The notes beneath the pieces are model-generated. The model was given only the letters and a program-made list of their open reading frames with translations, did not search any database and was not told the origin of the DNA. A program made the position numbers and the translations under genes. A stretch of DNA of 64,000 nt from Burkholderiales bacterium (GTDB lineage Bacteria; Pseudomonadota; Gammaproteobacteria; Burkholderiales; SG8-39): NCBI GenBank assembly GCA_049651845.1, contig JBASCW010000042.1, forward strand, positions 37,235-101,234. The letters run 5' to 3'. This document shows, piece by piece, positions 26,401 through 33,502 of the stretch (positions are counted from its first letter, which is position 1; each line of letters opens with the position of its first letter).

Positions 26401-29130
26401 GAGGCGCGTTCCCGCAGCGCGCATGGCCCCGACCAGATGCTGGCGCAGCGAGGCATCGTCCGGCTTGCGAAACAGCTCCACCATCCAGGCGCACGCCGCG
26501 GGAATCAGCAGCACCGCCAGCACGGCCGCGGTCCAGAGCCAGGCGGGCGACAGGAGCGCCCAGCCAAGCAGCAGCAGCAGGGTGAGGGCCGGGGCGACCA
26601 GGCTGCGGCGCAGGTTGTCGAGGATCTTCCACTGCGACAGGCCGGAGAGAGGATTCTTCTGCGTGCCGCCATCGCCCGCGGCAACGCGCCGGCGCAGCCA
26701 GCCGAGCAGCTGCCAGTCGCCGCGCATCCAGCGGTGCCGCCGGGCCACATCGGCGCTGTAGCGGGCCGGATACTGCTCGTAGAGTTGCACGTCGCTCGCC
26801 AGGCCGGAGCGCGCATAGCATCCTTCCAGCAGATCGTGGCTGAGGATGCGGTTGTCCGGGAAACGACCCTTCAGCGCCCGCTCGAATGCTTCGACGTCGT
26901 AGATGCCCTTGCCGATGAACGAGCCTTCGCCGAACAGATCCTGGTAGACATCGGAAACCATGCGTGTGTACGGATCGATGCCGGCTTCCTCGCCGTGCAG
27001 CTGGGCATAGCGCGTGCGGTTGCTGTCCGCCACGCTCACCGCCACGCGCGGCTGCAGTATTCCGTAGCCTTGCGTCACGCGTCCGCTCGCCTCGTCGTAC
27101 CGCGCGCGATTGAGCGGATGCGCCATCGTGGCCGCGAGCAGGCGCGCCGAGTCGCGCGGCAGCTGCGTGTCGCTGTCCAGCGTGATCACGTATCGCACGC
27201 CGGACAGGACGGCGGTGCGGCCGACCACGCGCGAGAATGCGCCAGGCGCGCCGCCGCGCAGCAGCGCATTCAGATCGCCCAGCTTGCCGCGCTTGCGCTC
27301 GCGGCCCATCCAGACGCCCTCGCGCGGGTTCCAGAGGCGCGGACGATGGAGCAGGAAGAAGACATCGCCGTCCCCCGCGCCTGCGTCGCTGCGGTATTTG
27401 TCATTCAACGCCGCGATGCGCTGCGCCGCCAACTGCAGCAGCGGCTCGTCCTGGGGCAGCGTTTCAGCGTGCGCATCGGCAAAATCCGTGAGCAGGCAGA
27501 ACCGAAGGTGCTCGTCGCGGTTGCCGAGGAAGCGGACCTCGAGCGACTCGACCAGATCCTCGACGTTCTGCGTGCTGTGGATGAGCGTCGGCACCACGAC
27601 CAGCGTCTGCGCGTCCGGCGCTATGCCCTTGGCGAAATCCAAGCGCGGCAGCACCTTCGGCGCCACCAGCAGCGTTGCCAGCCAGTTCACCAGGGCCACT
27701 GCGAGTTGGCTGGTGGCGAGCAACGCCAGCATCCCGCAAAGCACCAGGAACCAGCCCCGCGCCCCGCCGGCATGGGCCTGCGCAAGCAAGGCCCCGGTGA
27801 AGGCCGCCGTGATCAGCAGGATCGGGCCGAGATAGAGGTAGCGGCGGCGGACGCGCCGCAAGCGAAGGGAAAGGGGAACCCGCATCCGGGTCGCCTCTTC
27901 CAGCTGCCGCAGCCCTGTGTCGAAGAGGTAGAAACCGACATGTCTTGCCCGCTCGTCGCCGTCGCTGCGCGCCGCGGCTTCCTGCGCGAGCTGAACGCAG
28001 CGGCGCGCCGCCTGTTCCTCGGCGAGTCCGCTGCGCCTGGCGATCTTCTCCAGCACGTGGCGATAGTGGTCGCGGGTGGCGAAGTCCATGCGGCCGTACA
28101 CGCCGCCGGGGTCCTCGCGCAGAATGCTCTCGACGACGCTCATCGACTCGACGAAGGCATGCCAGTCGGTCGCGGCCAGCAGGCGCAGGCTGCCGATACT
28201 GTTGCTGATCGACACCTGGTCGGCCGCCTGCTGCTGGTTCTCCGCCTGCACCAGCTGCTCGATGGAAAGGCCCAGTTCCGAGAGCCGCTGCTCGATCCAG
28301 TTGAGCGGCATGGCCAGCGCCGCGCTCTGTCCTTGCAAGCGGCGCGCAAGTTCCGCCACGAATGGACCGCTCATGGGCGGGTTGGAACGCGCCATGTCCG
28401 CGACCACCAGGATCAGGCTCTTGGGGTCGTTCTGGGTGGTCTCCATCATCTCGCCCGCCCAGAAATCGGCCAGGTCCCGGCCTCTGCGGTGAGCGATGAT
28501 GCGGGTTGCGACGCGGCGCAGGTTCTCGATCAGCGCCAGGCGCAGCATGATCGGCACGGCCCACAGTTCGCCGAGGGTCAGATGGGTGACGGTCTGGTAG
28601 GCGCTGATGAAGCGGCCGAAGCTGTCGGGATCCATCTGCCCGTCGCCATGGGAAATGGTCTCCAGGGCGATGTCATAGACGCGCGGCAGTCCGGCCGACG
28701 GCCCATTGTCCAGGCGCGGCAGCTCCCGGCTGTAATCCCTGGGCAGGTGCCGCCTCGCGGTGCGGATCTGCTCCTCGATCAGGTGGAAGTTGTCCAGCAG
28801 CCATTCGCCGGCGGGCGTGCTTGCGCGTCCGTCCTTGATCGCCGCTGTGAGCAGGTCGCAGGCTTCGAGCAGCACGCCCTGGTTTTCCGCAAGGCGCGCG
28901 AGCAGCAGGTCGCGGGTGCGCCTTGCCCCCAGCGCGTGCGAGGCCGCCAGCGCCTTGCCGTACTGCTCCATCTGGTCGGCGCTGAACAGCTCGGAGCGCA
29001 GCGGCGGCTCTTCGACGGGGTGATCCGCGGTCCAGCCGCCGCGCCGGAACAGCGTCAGTGACTGGAGCAGGATTCGCGCAAGGAAGTTGCCGCTGCTTTT
29101 CAGTGGTCCTGCCTCATGCGATGCCGGCAA
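20449..29130 (-). CDS. ndvB: Cyclic beta-1,2-glucan synthase (NdvB/ChvB/Cgs type: GT84 glycosyltransferase + TM region + GH94 phosphorylase)
   Basis: 2893-aa ORF, the size and architecture of this family; N-terminal PLRSELFSADQMEQYGKALAASH, DSDTQLPRD and RHRWMRGDWQLL GT motifs, TM helices, long C-terminal GH94-like region; TTG start, no SD. Confidence 0.9.
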   Translation of the reverse strand: MPASHEAGPLKSSGNFLARILLQSLTLFRRGGWTADHPVEEPPLRSELFSADQMEQYGKALAASHALGARRTRDLLLARLAENQGVLLEACDLLTAAIKDGRASTPAGEWLLDNFHLIEEQIRTARRHLPRDYSRELPRLDNGPSAGLPRVYDIALETISHGDGQMDPDSFGRFISAYQTVTHLTLGELWAVPIMLRLALIENLRRVATRIIAHRRGRDLADFWAGEMMETTQNDPKSLILVVADMARSNPPMSGPFVAELARRLQGQSAALAMPLNWIEQRLSELGLSIEQLVQAENQQQAADQVSISNSIGSLRLLAATDWHAFVESMSVVESILREDPGGVYGRMDFATRDHYRHVLEKIARRSGLAEEQAARRCVQLAQEAAARSDGDERARHVGFYLFDTGLRQLEEATRMRVPLSLRLRRVRRRYLYLGPILLITAAFTGALLAQAHAGGARGWFLVLCGMLALLATSQLAVALVNWLATLLVAPKVLPRLDFAKGIAPDAQTLVVVPTLIHSTQNVEDLVESLEVRFLGNRDEHLRFCLLTDFADAHAETLPQDEPLLQLAAQRIAALNDKYRSDAGAGDGDVFFLLHRPRLWNPREGVWMGRERKRGKLGDLNALLRGGAPGAFSRVVGRTAVLSGVRYVITLDSDTQLPRDSARLLAATMAHPLNRARYDEASGRVTQGYGILQPRVAVSVADSNRTRYAQLHGEEAGIDPYTRMVSDVYQDLFGEGSFIGKGIYDVEAFERALKGRFPDNRILSHDLLEGCYARSGLASDVQLYEQYPARYSADVARRHRWMRGDWQLLGWLRRRVAAGDGGTQKNPLSGLSQWKILDNLRRSLVAPALTLLLLLGWALLSPAWLWTAAVLAVLLIPAACAWMVELFRKPDDASLRQHLVGAMRAAGTRLAQTVFTFACLPFEASTSLDAILRTSVRVLITRRHLLEWTASSELDPGGRFTDSLRQMWIAPIVAISTAVYLLQVRPGALAVAVPILLLWLASPLLAWWLGRPLERPQAVLSPEQISFLRLVSRKTWAFFETFVGPEDHWLPPDNYQESPATALARRTSPTNMGLSLLANLSAYDFGYVSAGTLIERTRNAFATMHKLERYRGHFYNWYDTASLLPLLPMYVSTVDSGNLAGHLLTLRPGIAALADQPILAARWREGLEDTLHALHACAPAASTNALRSFRHQLESALADRPATLAASRRMLDALAKDAALVLAELGEKSDSEHAAWVRALDRQCRDALGELRLLAPPSAMPGEHGIPTLRELAARGVSAARARMEEIAQLALQAGEMARMDYNFLYDDVRHLLMIGHNVTERRRGHHATERRRDASYYDLLASEARLTSFVAIAQGQLPQQSWFALGRLLTNAGSGATLLSWSGSMFEYLMPLLVMPSYENTLIDESCRAAVRRQIDYGAQRGVPWGMSECGYNTVDAALNYQYRAFGVPGLGLKRGLSEDLVIAPYATALALMVAPEAACANLKRLAADGLLGKFGFYEAIDYTPARLRRAETSAVVRSFMAHHQGMSFLALSHVLLDRPMQRRFVSDPLFQATLLLLQERVPRATASYSTIPEWIDFRAVAEIPEMPMRVFSTPDTRIPGVQLLSNGRYNVMITNAGGGYSRWKDLAVTRWHEDSTADNWGSFCYLRDTASGQVWSCALQPALKRTESYEAIFTEQRVEFRRHDANFDTHTEIVVSPEDDIELRRVRVTNRSRSRRTIEVTSYAEVVLASPSADALHPAFSSLFVQTEIIAARQAILCTRRPRSRGETTPWMLHLMAVHGAEVEAVSYETDRARFVGRGNSVAAPQALRDPAPLSGSEGSVLDPIVAIRQRVTLEPAQTATLDLVIGVGDSRAGCLQLVEKYQDRRLADRAFEMAWTHSQVALRQINVTEAEAQLYGRLASSIIYANASLRAEASVIAKNRRGQSGLWGYAISGDLPIVLVQLRDPANIELVRQLVQAHAYWRLKGLAVDLVIWNEERGGYRQLLHDQIMGLIAAGVEAHVIDRPGGIFVRSAEQISNEDRILLQSVARAVFTDSQGTLKEQVKQRPEVEAAMAPFAASRLRAAETARGAAAADEAAVPPRELALANGLGGFTPDGREYVITTTTAQATPAPWVNVLANPHFGCVISESGAAYTWHENAHEFRLSPWHNDSVGDASGEAYYLRDEETGQVWSPTALPCPGTGNYVSRHGFGYSVFEHSEGGIATELTVYVDLDSPVKFAVLKVRNGSGRPRRLSATGYVEWVLGALRSKSSMHVVTEIDPNSGALLARNAYNPEFGEQVAFFDVDDVTRTLSGDRTEFIGRNGTLRNPAALERARLSGRVGAAMDPCAAIQVPFDLADGSSREIIFRLGVGRGTDDASRLVQRLRKSSTASVALEAVRQYWKTTLGVVQIETPDPSLDVLCNGWLLYQTMASRLWGRSGHYQSGGAFGFRDQLQDVMALVHASPQLVREHLLLCASRQFLEGDVQHWWHPPSGRGVRTRCSDDYLWLPLATCRYVSCTGDSAVLKEQIQFLDGRPVNADEDSYYDLPLRSLQAASLYQHCVRAIENGLRMGFHGLPLMGSGDWNDGMNLVGAQGRGESVWLGFFLYQVLTQFAVLARGENDAPFAERCESEAVRLRRNIEAHAWDGGWYRRAYFDVGTPLGSAANAECQIDSIAQSWSVLSGAGTPERSKLAMNALDQRLVRRDHALVQLLDPPFDRSELDPGYIRGYVPGVRENGGQYTHAAIWASMAFAAQGDAVRAWELLDMINPLHHGDTPEGIAVYKVEPYVVAADVYAVPPHTGRGGWTWYTGSAGWMYRLILESLLGLRLAADKLHFAPCLPADWQGLELRYRHKETMYRIALRQATGGDAAMTVSVDGVLQADSTIALVDDRAEHQVEVTLRRQPIELLAPAA

Positions 29131-29231
29131 AAATGGAAGAGGCCCGGAACGGGATCGCCGTCGCCGAGCCTCGGTGCGTCAGGTGTCCACCAGTAGGAGC
29201 GCCCGTCAGGGGGAGACGAGCCAGAACACCT
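29131..29231 (-). promoter_or_regulatory. Leader of the glucan synthase gene: sRNA-like 5' element with C-rich loops and terminator-like hairpin
   Basis: Predicted +1 at 29231 from box d; 5' AGGTGTTC and 3' CCCGTTCCGGGCCT shared with the 13720-13798 RNA; hairpin then TCTTCCATTTTT running into the TTG start. Confidence 0.4.
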
Positions 29232-29264
29232 ACCTAAATGATGCGTCGCGCCTGCGGAGCTGTC

Positions 29265-29280
29265 TGTACGCTAGCGCACA
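29265..29280 (-). promoter_or_regulatory. Island box d (TGTGCGCTAGCGTACA toward glucan synthase leader)
   Basis: 12/12 positions; GAC then CATCAT at +22..27; 6 nt after the upstream gene's stop codon. Confidence 0.6.
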
Positions 29281-29286
29281 GAAGCG

Positions 29287-30402
29287 CTAGATGGCAACGA
29301 GTGCGCCGTTTTCAATCCTGACCCGGCTGCCGACGCTGAATGCGGGCTGTGCGGGGTAGGAAACCGTTTGCGAGCCGCCGTTCTCCAGGCGCACCACCAA
29401 GTCGAAGTGCTTGGTGGATTTCATCTTTTTCTCGATTTCATTGCCGGCCCAGGCACCGCCCGCGGCGCCGGCGATCTGGGCCACGGTGGTGCCCGTGCCA
29501 TGGCCGACCTGGCTGCCGAGCAGCGCGCCGACCACGCCGCCGCCGATCATGCCGATATAGCTGCCGTCGCCCTTGACCTCGACCACGTTGATCGCCTCGA
29601 CCACGCCGCAATTGGGACAGATCTGGCGCGCGGCGGGCGCCGGTGCCGCCGCCTGGCGGCCAGTCGTGCGCTGCCGTGCGGATGAGCTGTCGACCAGCGG
29701 CTTGCCAAGGACCTTGCTGTGCTCCTGCTGGCCGATGCGCAGGTTCCCCGTGACGACCGCATTGGTTGCGATCCTGTCGCGATTCCTGATGGTGTACGCA
29801 CCCTCGTAGGCGCCGGCCCTGACTTCCTCCAGGTTGATCTTGCCGCGGACGCCGTTGATCCTGACGCTGGCGTTGCCGCTTGGGCTGCCCTCGAGAGCGA
29901 AAACGAGTTCCGAGCCCGGCGTGAGGCTGCGCGGCGGATCCACGTTGAAGAGGTTGATTTCCGGGACGCTGTTCGCGGCCGCCGAACCGCCCGGCCAGCG
30001 GAAGCCGGAGCCCTTCACCAGCGATTCGTCGAGAACGCTGCTGGCCACCTGATTGCCCCGGCGCAGATTGGCCGTGGCGGTGCTGTCCTCGGTGATCTGG
30101 TCGCGCCGGGTGATGGTGTAGATGCCTTCGTAGACGCCGGCTTCGATTTCTTCCAGGATCAGGCTCCCGGTCGCTCCGCCGATGCGCACGGTCGCGGTAC
30201 CAGCGGGGCTGCCGTAAAGCGTGAACACGAGCTCGCTGCCGGCGACCGGCTTCGCGGTGGGTACGACATCGAAGCCATCGATTCTGGGAGCCGCGTTCTG
30301 CGACGCGGACTGCTGCGCCAGCACGGTGTTCGAAGGGAGCGCCAGTGGCAGGAACGCTGCCAGTGCGAGGAGGGTTGCGCCGAGTCCGTGGTTTAGGTTC
30401 AT
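29287..30402 (-). CDS. Secreted protein: two tandem ~90-aa beta-rich repeats + CxxC/glycine-zipper 2TM module
   Basis: 371-aa ORF; signal peptide; repeats aa 39-127 and 147-236 (GSELVFxLxGSPxGxAxVRIxG...EEhxAGxYEGxYTI); C-terminus CPNCGVV...GGGVVGALLGSQVG...GNEIEKK. Confidence 0.75.
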   Translation of the reverse strand: MNLNHGLGATLLALAAFLPLALPSNTVLAQQSASQNAAPRIDGFDVVPTAKPVAGSELVFTLYGSPAGTATVRIGGATGSLILEEIEAGVYEGIYTITRRDQITEDSTATANLRRGNQVASSVLDESLVKGSGFRWPGGSAAANSVPEINLFNVDPPRSLTPGSELVFALEGSPSGNASVRINGVRGKINLEEVRAGAYEGAYTIRNRDRIATNAVVTGNLRIGQQEHSKVLGKPLVDSSSARQRTTGRQAAAPAPAARQICPNCGVVEAINVVEVKGDGSYIGMIGGGVVGALLGSQVGHGTGTTVAQIAGAAGGAWAGNEIEKKMKSTKHFDLVVRLENGGSQTVSYPAQPAFSVGSRVRIENGALVAI

Positions 30403-30435
30403 CGGCGCATCTTTGCGCTTCGCTGTCCGGCCGTC

Positions 30436-30451
30436 CGTACGCTATCGCACC
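30436..30451 (-). promoter_or_regulatory. Island box e (GGTGCGATAGCGTACG toward 30402)
   Basis: 9/12 positions; 33 nt from ATG 30402; GAC then AAAGAT at +22..27. Confidence 0.5.
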
Positions 30452-30574
30452 GATCGCTCTGCGACCGGCTCAATGGAAAACCCGTGCAAAGGCGCGCTCG
30501 CTCAGCAACTCGCGTGCTTCAGGTTGTTCGTCAGTGAGACAGCGCGCAACTTGGCCCGATGAACCGGCAGTTTC

Positions 30575-30590
30575 TGTTGGCAAGCGCACA
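30575..30590 (+). promoter_or_regulatory. Island box k (TGTTGGCAAGCGCACA toward 30645)
   Basis: 11/12 positions; CAAAGT at +22..27; SD AAGGAGA before ATG 30645. Confidence 0.45.
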
Positions 30591-30644
30591 GAGCGAGTCC
30601 GGCAAGAGGGGCAAAGTGGCAATCAGCAAACAAGGAGAACGGAA

Positions 30645-31154
30645 ATGACCGACGTACTGACGAGGAAAGTCGTAGCGAACGAGGAGGATCTGAACCGCGA
30701 TCCCATCACGGGAACGCCAGGCGCGCATCCGCTGGGCACGGGCGCCGGCGCAGCATCCGGCGCAGTCGCCGGAGGTGTTGCCGGACTGGCGGTGGGCGGG
30801 CCGGTAGGCGGCCTGATCGGCGTCGCGGTAGGCGCAATGGCAGGTGGTCTGGCCGGCAAGAGCGCGGCCGAGGCGTTCAACCCCACCGCCGAGGAAGTGT
30901 TCTGGCGGGAGACCTACCTGCGCGAACCCTACTACGTACAGGGCAGGAACTTCGAGTACTACGCGCCGGGCTTTCGCGCCGGCTGGGAAGGCCGCGTGAG
31001 GCACAGCGGCCTCAGTTTCGAGGAGGCGGAGCCCGAGCTGAGGGCGAACTACGACCGCGGCAAGGGCGAGCTCGACCCTGTCTGGATGGATGTGAAGCCG
31101 GCCGCGCGTGCTGCATGGAGTCGCGTCGAACAGAAATGGCGACGCAGCCCGTAG
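30645..31154 (+). CDS. Glycine-zipper stress protein (169 aa)
   Basis: ATG 30645 with AAGGAGA SD; GAGAASGAVAGGVAGLAVGGPVGGLIGVAVGAMAGGLAG zipper then an aromatic-rich C-domain; the longer track ORF is over-extended. Confidence 0.7.
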   Translation: MTDVLTRKVVANEEDLNRDPITGTPGAHPLGTGAGAASGAVAGGVAGLAVGGPVGGLIGVAVGAMAGGLAGKSAAEAFNPTAEEVFWRETYLREPYYVQGRNFEYYAPGFRAGWEGRVRHSGLSFEEAEPELRANYDRGKGELDPVWMDVKPAARAAWSRVEQKWRRSP

Positions 31155-31226
31155 CGCTCCAGAAAGGCACAAGCATGGCGTGTGTGTCAGGCAGTCCGGA
31201 TCCAACTCAAACTGAAGGAACTGAAA

Positions 31227-31439
31227 ATGAACTGGGATCGCATCGAAGGCAACTGGAAGCAATTCAAGGGCAACGTGAAGGAGCAGTGGGGCAAGCTCAC
31301 CGACGATCAGCTCGACGTGATCGCCGGCAAGCGTGACAACCTGGCCGGGAAGATCCAGGAGGCGTACGGGATTTCCAAGGATCAGTCGGAGAAGCAGATC
31401 GCCGACTGGCACAAGCGCATGGAGCAGAAATATCCATAG
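31227..31439 (+). CDS. CsbD-family stress protein
   Basis: MNWDRIEGNWKQFKGNVKEQWGKLTDDQLDVIAGKRDNLAGKIQEAYG is the canonical CsbD pattern. Confidence 0.85.
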   Translation: MNWDRIEGNWKQFKGNVKEQWGKLTDDQLDVIAGKRDNLAGKIQEAYGISKDQSEKQIADWHKRMEQKYP

Positions 31440-31476
31440 AGCGGCACCGGCAAGTCGTCAAACCGCGCGCTGGTTG

Positions 31477-31492
31477 TGTACGGTGGCGTACG
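31477..31492 (+). promoter_or_regulatory. Island box f (TGTACGGTGGCGTACG toward entericidin-like gene)
   Basis: 10/12 positions; GAC then TATCGT at +22..27. Confidence 0.5.
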
Positions 31493-31544
31493 GACCGGCA
31501 GCGCTGCGCCCACTATCGTGGCACTTCACGACAGGAGATCGACC

Positions 31545-31697
31545 ATGACCAAACGAATTCTCGCGCCGCTGCTGGCGGCACTCTTCATTTCCGGTCTTTT
31601 CGGCACGCTCGCGGGATGCAACACCGTGGAGGGCGCCGGCAAGGACATCGAGCAGGGCGGCAGGGCGATCAAGAACGAGGCGCGAGAACAGCGCTGA
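31545..31697 (+). CDS. Entericidin EcnA/B-family lipoprotein (50 aa)
   Basis: MTKRILAPLLAALFISGLFGTLAGCNTVEGAGKDIEQGGRAIKNEA; lipobox LAGC plus NTxxGxGKDI motif; SD AGGAGA. Confidence 0.8.
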   Translation: MTKRILAPLLAALFISGLFGTLAGCNTVEGAGKDIEQGGRAIKNEAREQR

Positions 31698-31735
31698 GCC
31701 GGCTGCCGGCGTCCAATACCGCGCGCTGATCCGCC

Positions 31736-32848
31736 GTGCGCGTGGCGCCTGCCCTGCTGCGCGAATGGCCGCTGGTTGCGGTCGTCGCGACCACCATCCT
31801 GTTTCTGGCCTTCGGGCGGCGACTGCGCGCCGACCTGGCGCATCCGGTCCAGTTCGCTTTCATCCTGGTCTGGCTGGTAGCCGCGATCCTCGCGGCCGTA
31901 TTCGCGGTGGTGCGGCATGCCGAGGGGCTCGCCGCACGCCTGGGCGAGCCCCTGGGCACCCTGGTATTGACGCTGTCGATCACCGGGATCGAGGTGATGA
32001 TCATCGTCGCCGCGATGTCCACGGGGCACGGCAGCCCCACGCTGGCGCGCGATGCGATGTTCGCGGTGATCATGATCGTCCTGAACGGCATGGTCGGACT
32101 GACGCTGCTCGTCGGCGGGCTGAAGTACCGCGAGCAGGACTACAACCTGCAGGGCGCGAATGCCTTCCTGGCGGTGATCCTGCCGCTGGCCATCGTCGGC
32201 CTGGTGCTGCCGAACTACACCATCTCATCGCCCGACAAGACGTTTTCGCCCGGCCAGGCGGCGTTCCTCACGCTCGTGTTCCTAGCGCTGTACGGCGTGT
32301 TCCTGACCATCCAGAACATCCATTACCGGGCCTACTTCCGGTCGACCGTCGAGGCGAACAAGGCCAAACCGCCGCCGCGCGGGAGCAAGGAGTGGCACTC
32401 CATTCCCTACCATGTGCTCCTGCTGCTGGCGTACTTGGGGCCGTTGACGGTGCTCGCGGAACAGCTCGCAGTGCCGATCGACCACACCATCCGCGTGCTG
32501 GGCGCACCGGTCGCGCTGGCGGGTTTCCTCGTCGCAGCGATCGTGCTCGCGCCCGAATCGGTCGTCGCGGTGCGCGCTGCGGCGAGCAACGACCTGCAAA
32601 GGGCCGTCAATGTCCTGCTCGGGTCGGTGCTTGCTAGCATCGGCTTGAGCATTCCCGCCATCCTCATCTACGGGCTGCTGGCCGGCGTGCCGATCGTCCT
32701 CGGCCTGGACCAGGTGGGCATCACGCTGCTGGCGCTGACTCTGGTCCTGTGCATGATGACCTTCTCGAGCAGCCGTACCCATGTGCTGCTCGGGGCGGTG
32801 CACCTGGTGGTGTTCCTCGCGTACGCAATGCTGGTGTTTCACACCTAG
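31736..32848 (+). CDS. Ca2+/H+ antiporter (CaCA/ChaA-like)
   Basis: 370-aa polytopic ORF with two internal alpha-repeat regions (GTLVLTLSITGIEVMIIV / APESVVAVRAAASNDLQRAVNVLLGS); GTG start. Confidence 0.75.
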   Translation: MRVAPALLREWPLVAVVATTILFLAFGRRLRADLAHPVQFAFILVWLVAAILAAVFAVVRHAEGLAARLGEPLGTLVLTLSITGIEVMIIVAAMSTGHGSPTLARDAMFAVIMIVLNGMVGLTLLVGGLKYREQDYNLQGANAFLAVILPLAIVGLVLPNYTISSPDKTFSPGQAAFLTLVFLALYGVFLTIQNIHYRAYFRSTVEANKAKPPPRGSKEWHSIPYHVLLLLAYLGPLTVLAEQLAVPIDHTIRVLGAPVALAGFLVAAIVLAPESVVAVRAAASNDLQRAVNVLLGSVLASIGLSIPAILIYGLLAGVPIVLGLDQVGITLLALTLVLCMMTFSSSRTHVLLGAVHLVVFLAYAMLVFHT

Positions 32849-32918
32849 GCACCGCGTTCCGCCAGCCCTGCCAGTCCCGCATGCGGTCGAGCCGCGACGG
32901 CCGGCCGCTTCGCTCAGC

Positions 32919-33437
32919 CTAGCTGCGGCCCAGATCCTGGATCGCGTCGACCACCATGCCAGTACCGATCGCGATCATGAGGATGTCGGACGCGACTCGT
33001 ACGTAGCGGTAGCCGGACGGCGGCTGGCCGATCTGCAGCACCAGCGGCTGCGGCACCGAGTAAAAGACCACGTCGCGCGGCAGTTGCTGGCCCATATGCC
33101 ACTTCCTGGCCTGGCCCGGCGGCATGCAGCCGTTGTGCTTCTTGGCCAGTCCCGGGGGACAGCGCCCGCCGTGATTGTGCTCGTCGTAGTAATCGCGCAC
33201 CGCGACGCGATGGCGGTCCTCGAAATGCTCGCGCCTGTCGCTGTCGTGCGACCGCTTCCCGCCGGCATCACGATGCTCGTTCTTGTCAGAGCGCTGATGC
33301 TTGCCCGAGTGCTCGCTCCTGTCGGAGTTGCCCTTGCCGGCCGAGGCAGGCTTGTCCGCCATCGCCGGGCCGACCGCCAGGATTCCGGCGAACGCCAGGG
33401 CCAGGGTGCTTTTCAGTATCAGCGTGGTTGGTTTCAT
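32919..33437 (-). CDS. CigR/RcnB-like periplasmic protein
   Basis: Start MKPTTLILKSTLALAFAGILAVGPAMA at 33437; His/Asp/Arg-rich region then PPGLAKKHNGCMPPGQARKW...PPSGYRYVRVASDILMIAIGTGMVVD. Confidence 0.7.
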   Translation of the reverse strand: MKPTTLILKSTLALAFAGILAVGPAMADKPASAGKGNSDRSEHSGKHQRSDKNEHRDAGGKRSHDSDRREHFEDRHRVAVRDYYDEHNHGGRCPPGLAKKHNGCMPPGQARKWHMGQQLPRDVVFYSVPQPLVLQIGQPPSGYRYVRVASDILMIAIGTGMVVDAIQDLGRS

Positions 33438-33470
33438 CAGGCCAGTATTCCTTCCGGCGGGCAGGCGGTC

Positions 33471-33486
33471 TGTGCGCCAACACACA
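33471..33486 (-). promoter_or_regulatory. Island box l (TGTGTGTTGGCGCACA toward 33437)
   Basis: 10/12 positions; 33 nt from ATG 33437; GAC then AATACT at +22..27. Confidence 0.5.
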
Positions 33487-33502
33487 GCGCTCGCCAGTCG
33501 TG

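Noticed and set aside
26299-29061. A 920-aa plus-strand ORF, and many other long ORFs at 20506-29130, antisense to the glucan synthase gene
   Set aside because: These are Arg/Ala/Gly-rich, low-complexity translations typical of open antisense frames in high-GC DNA. The minus-strand ORF has recognisable GT84/GH94 features along its whole length.
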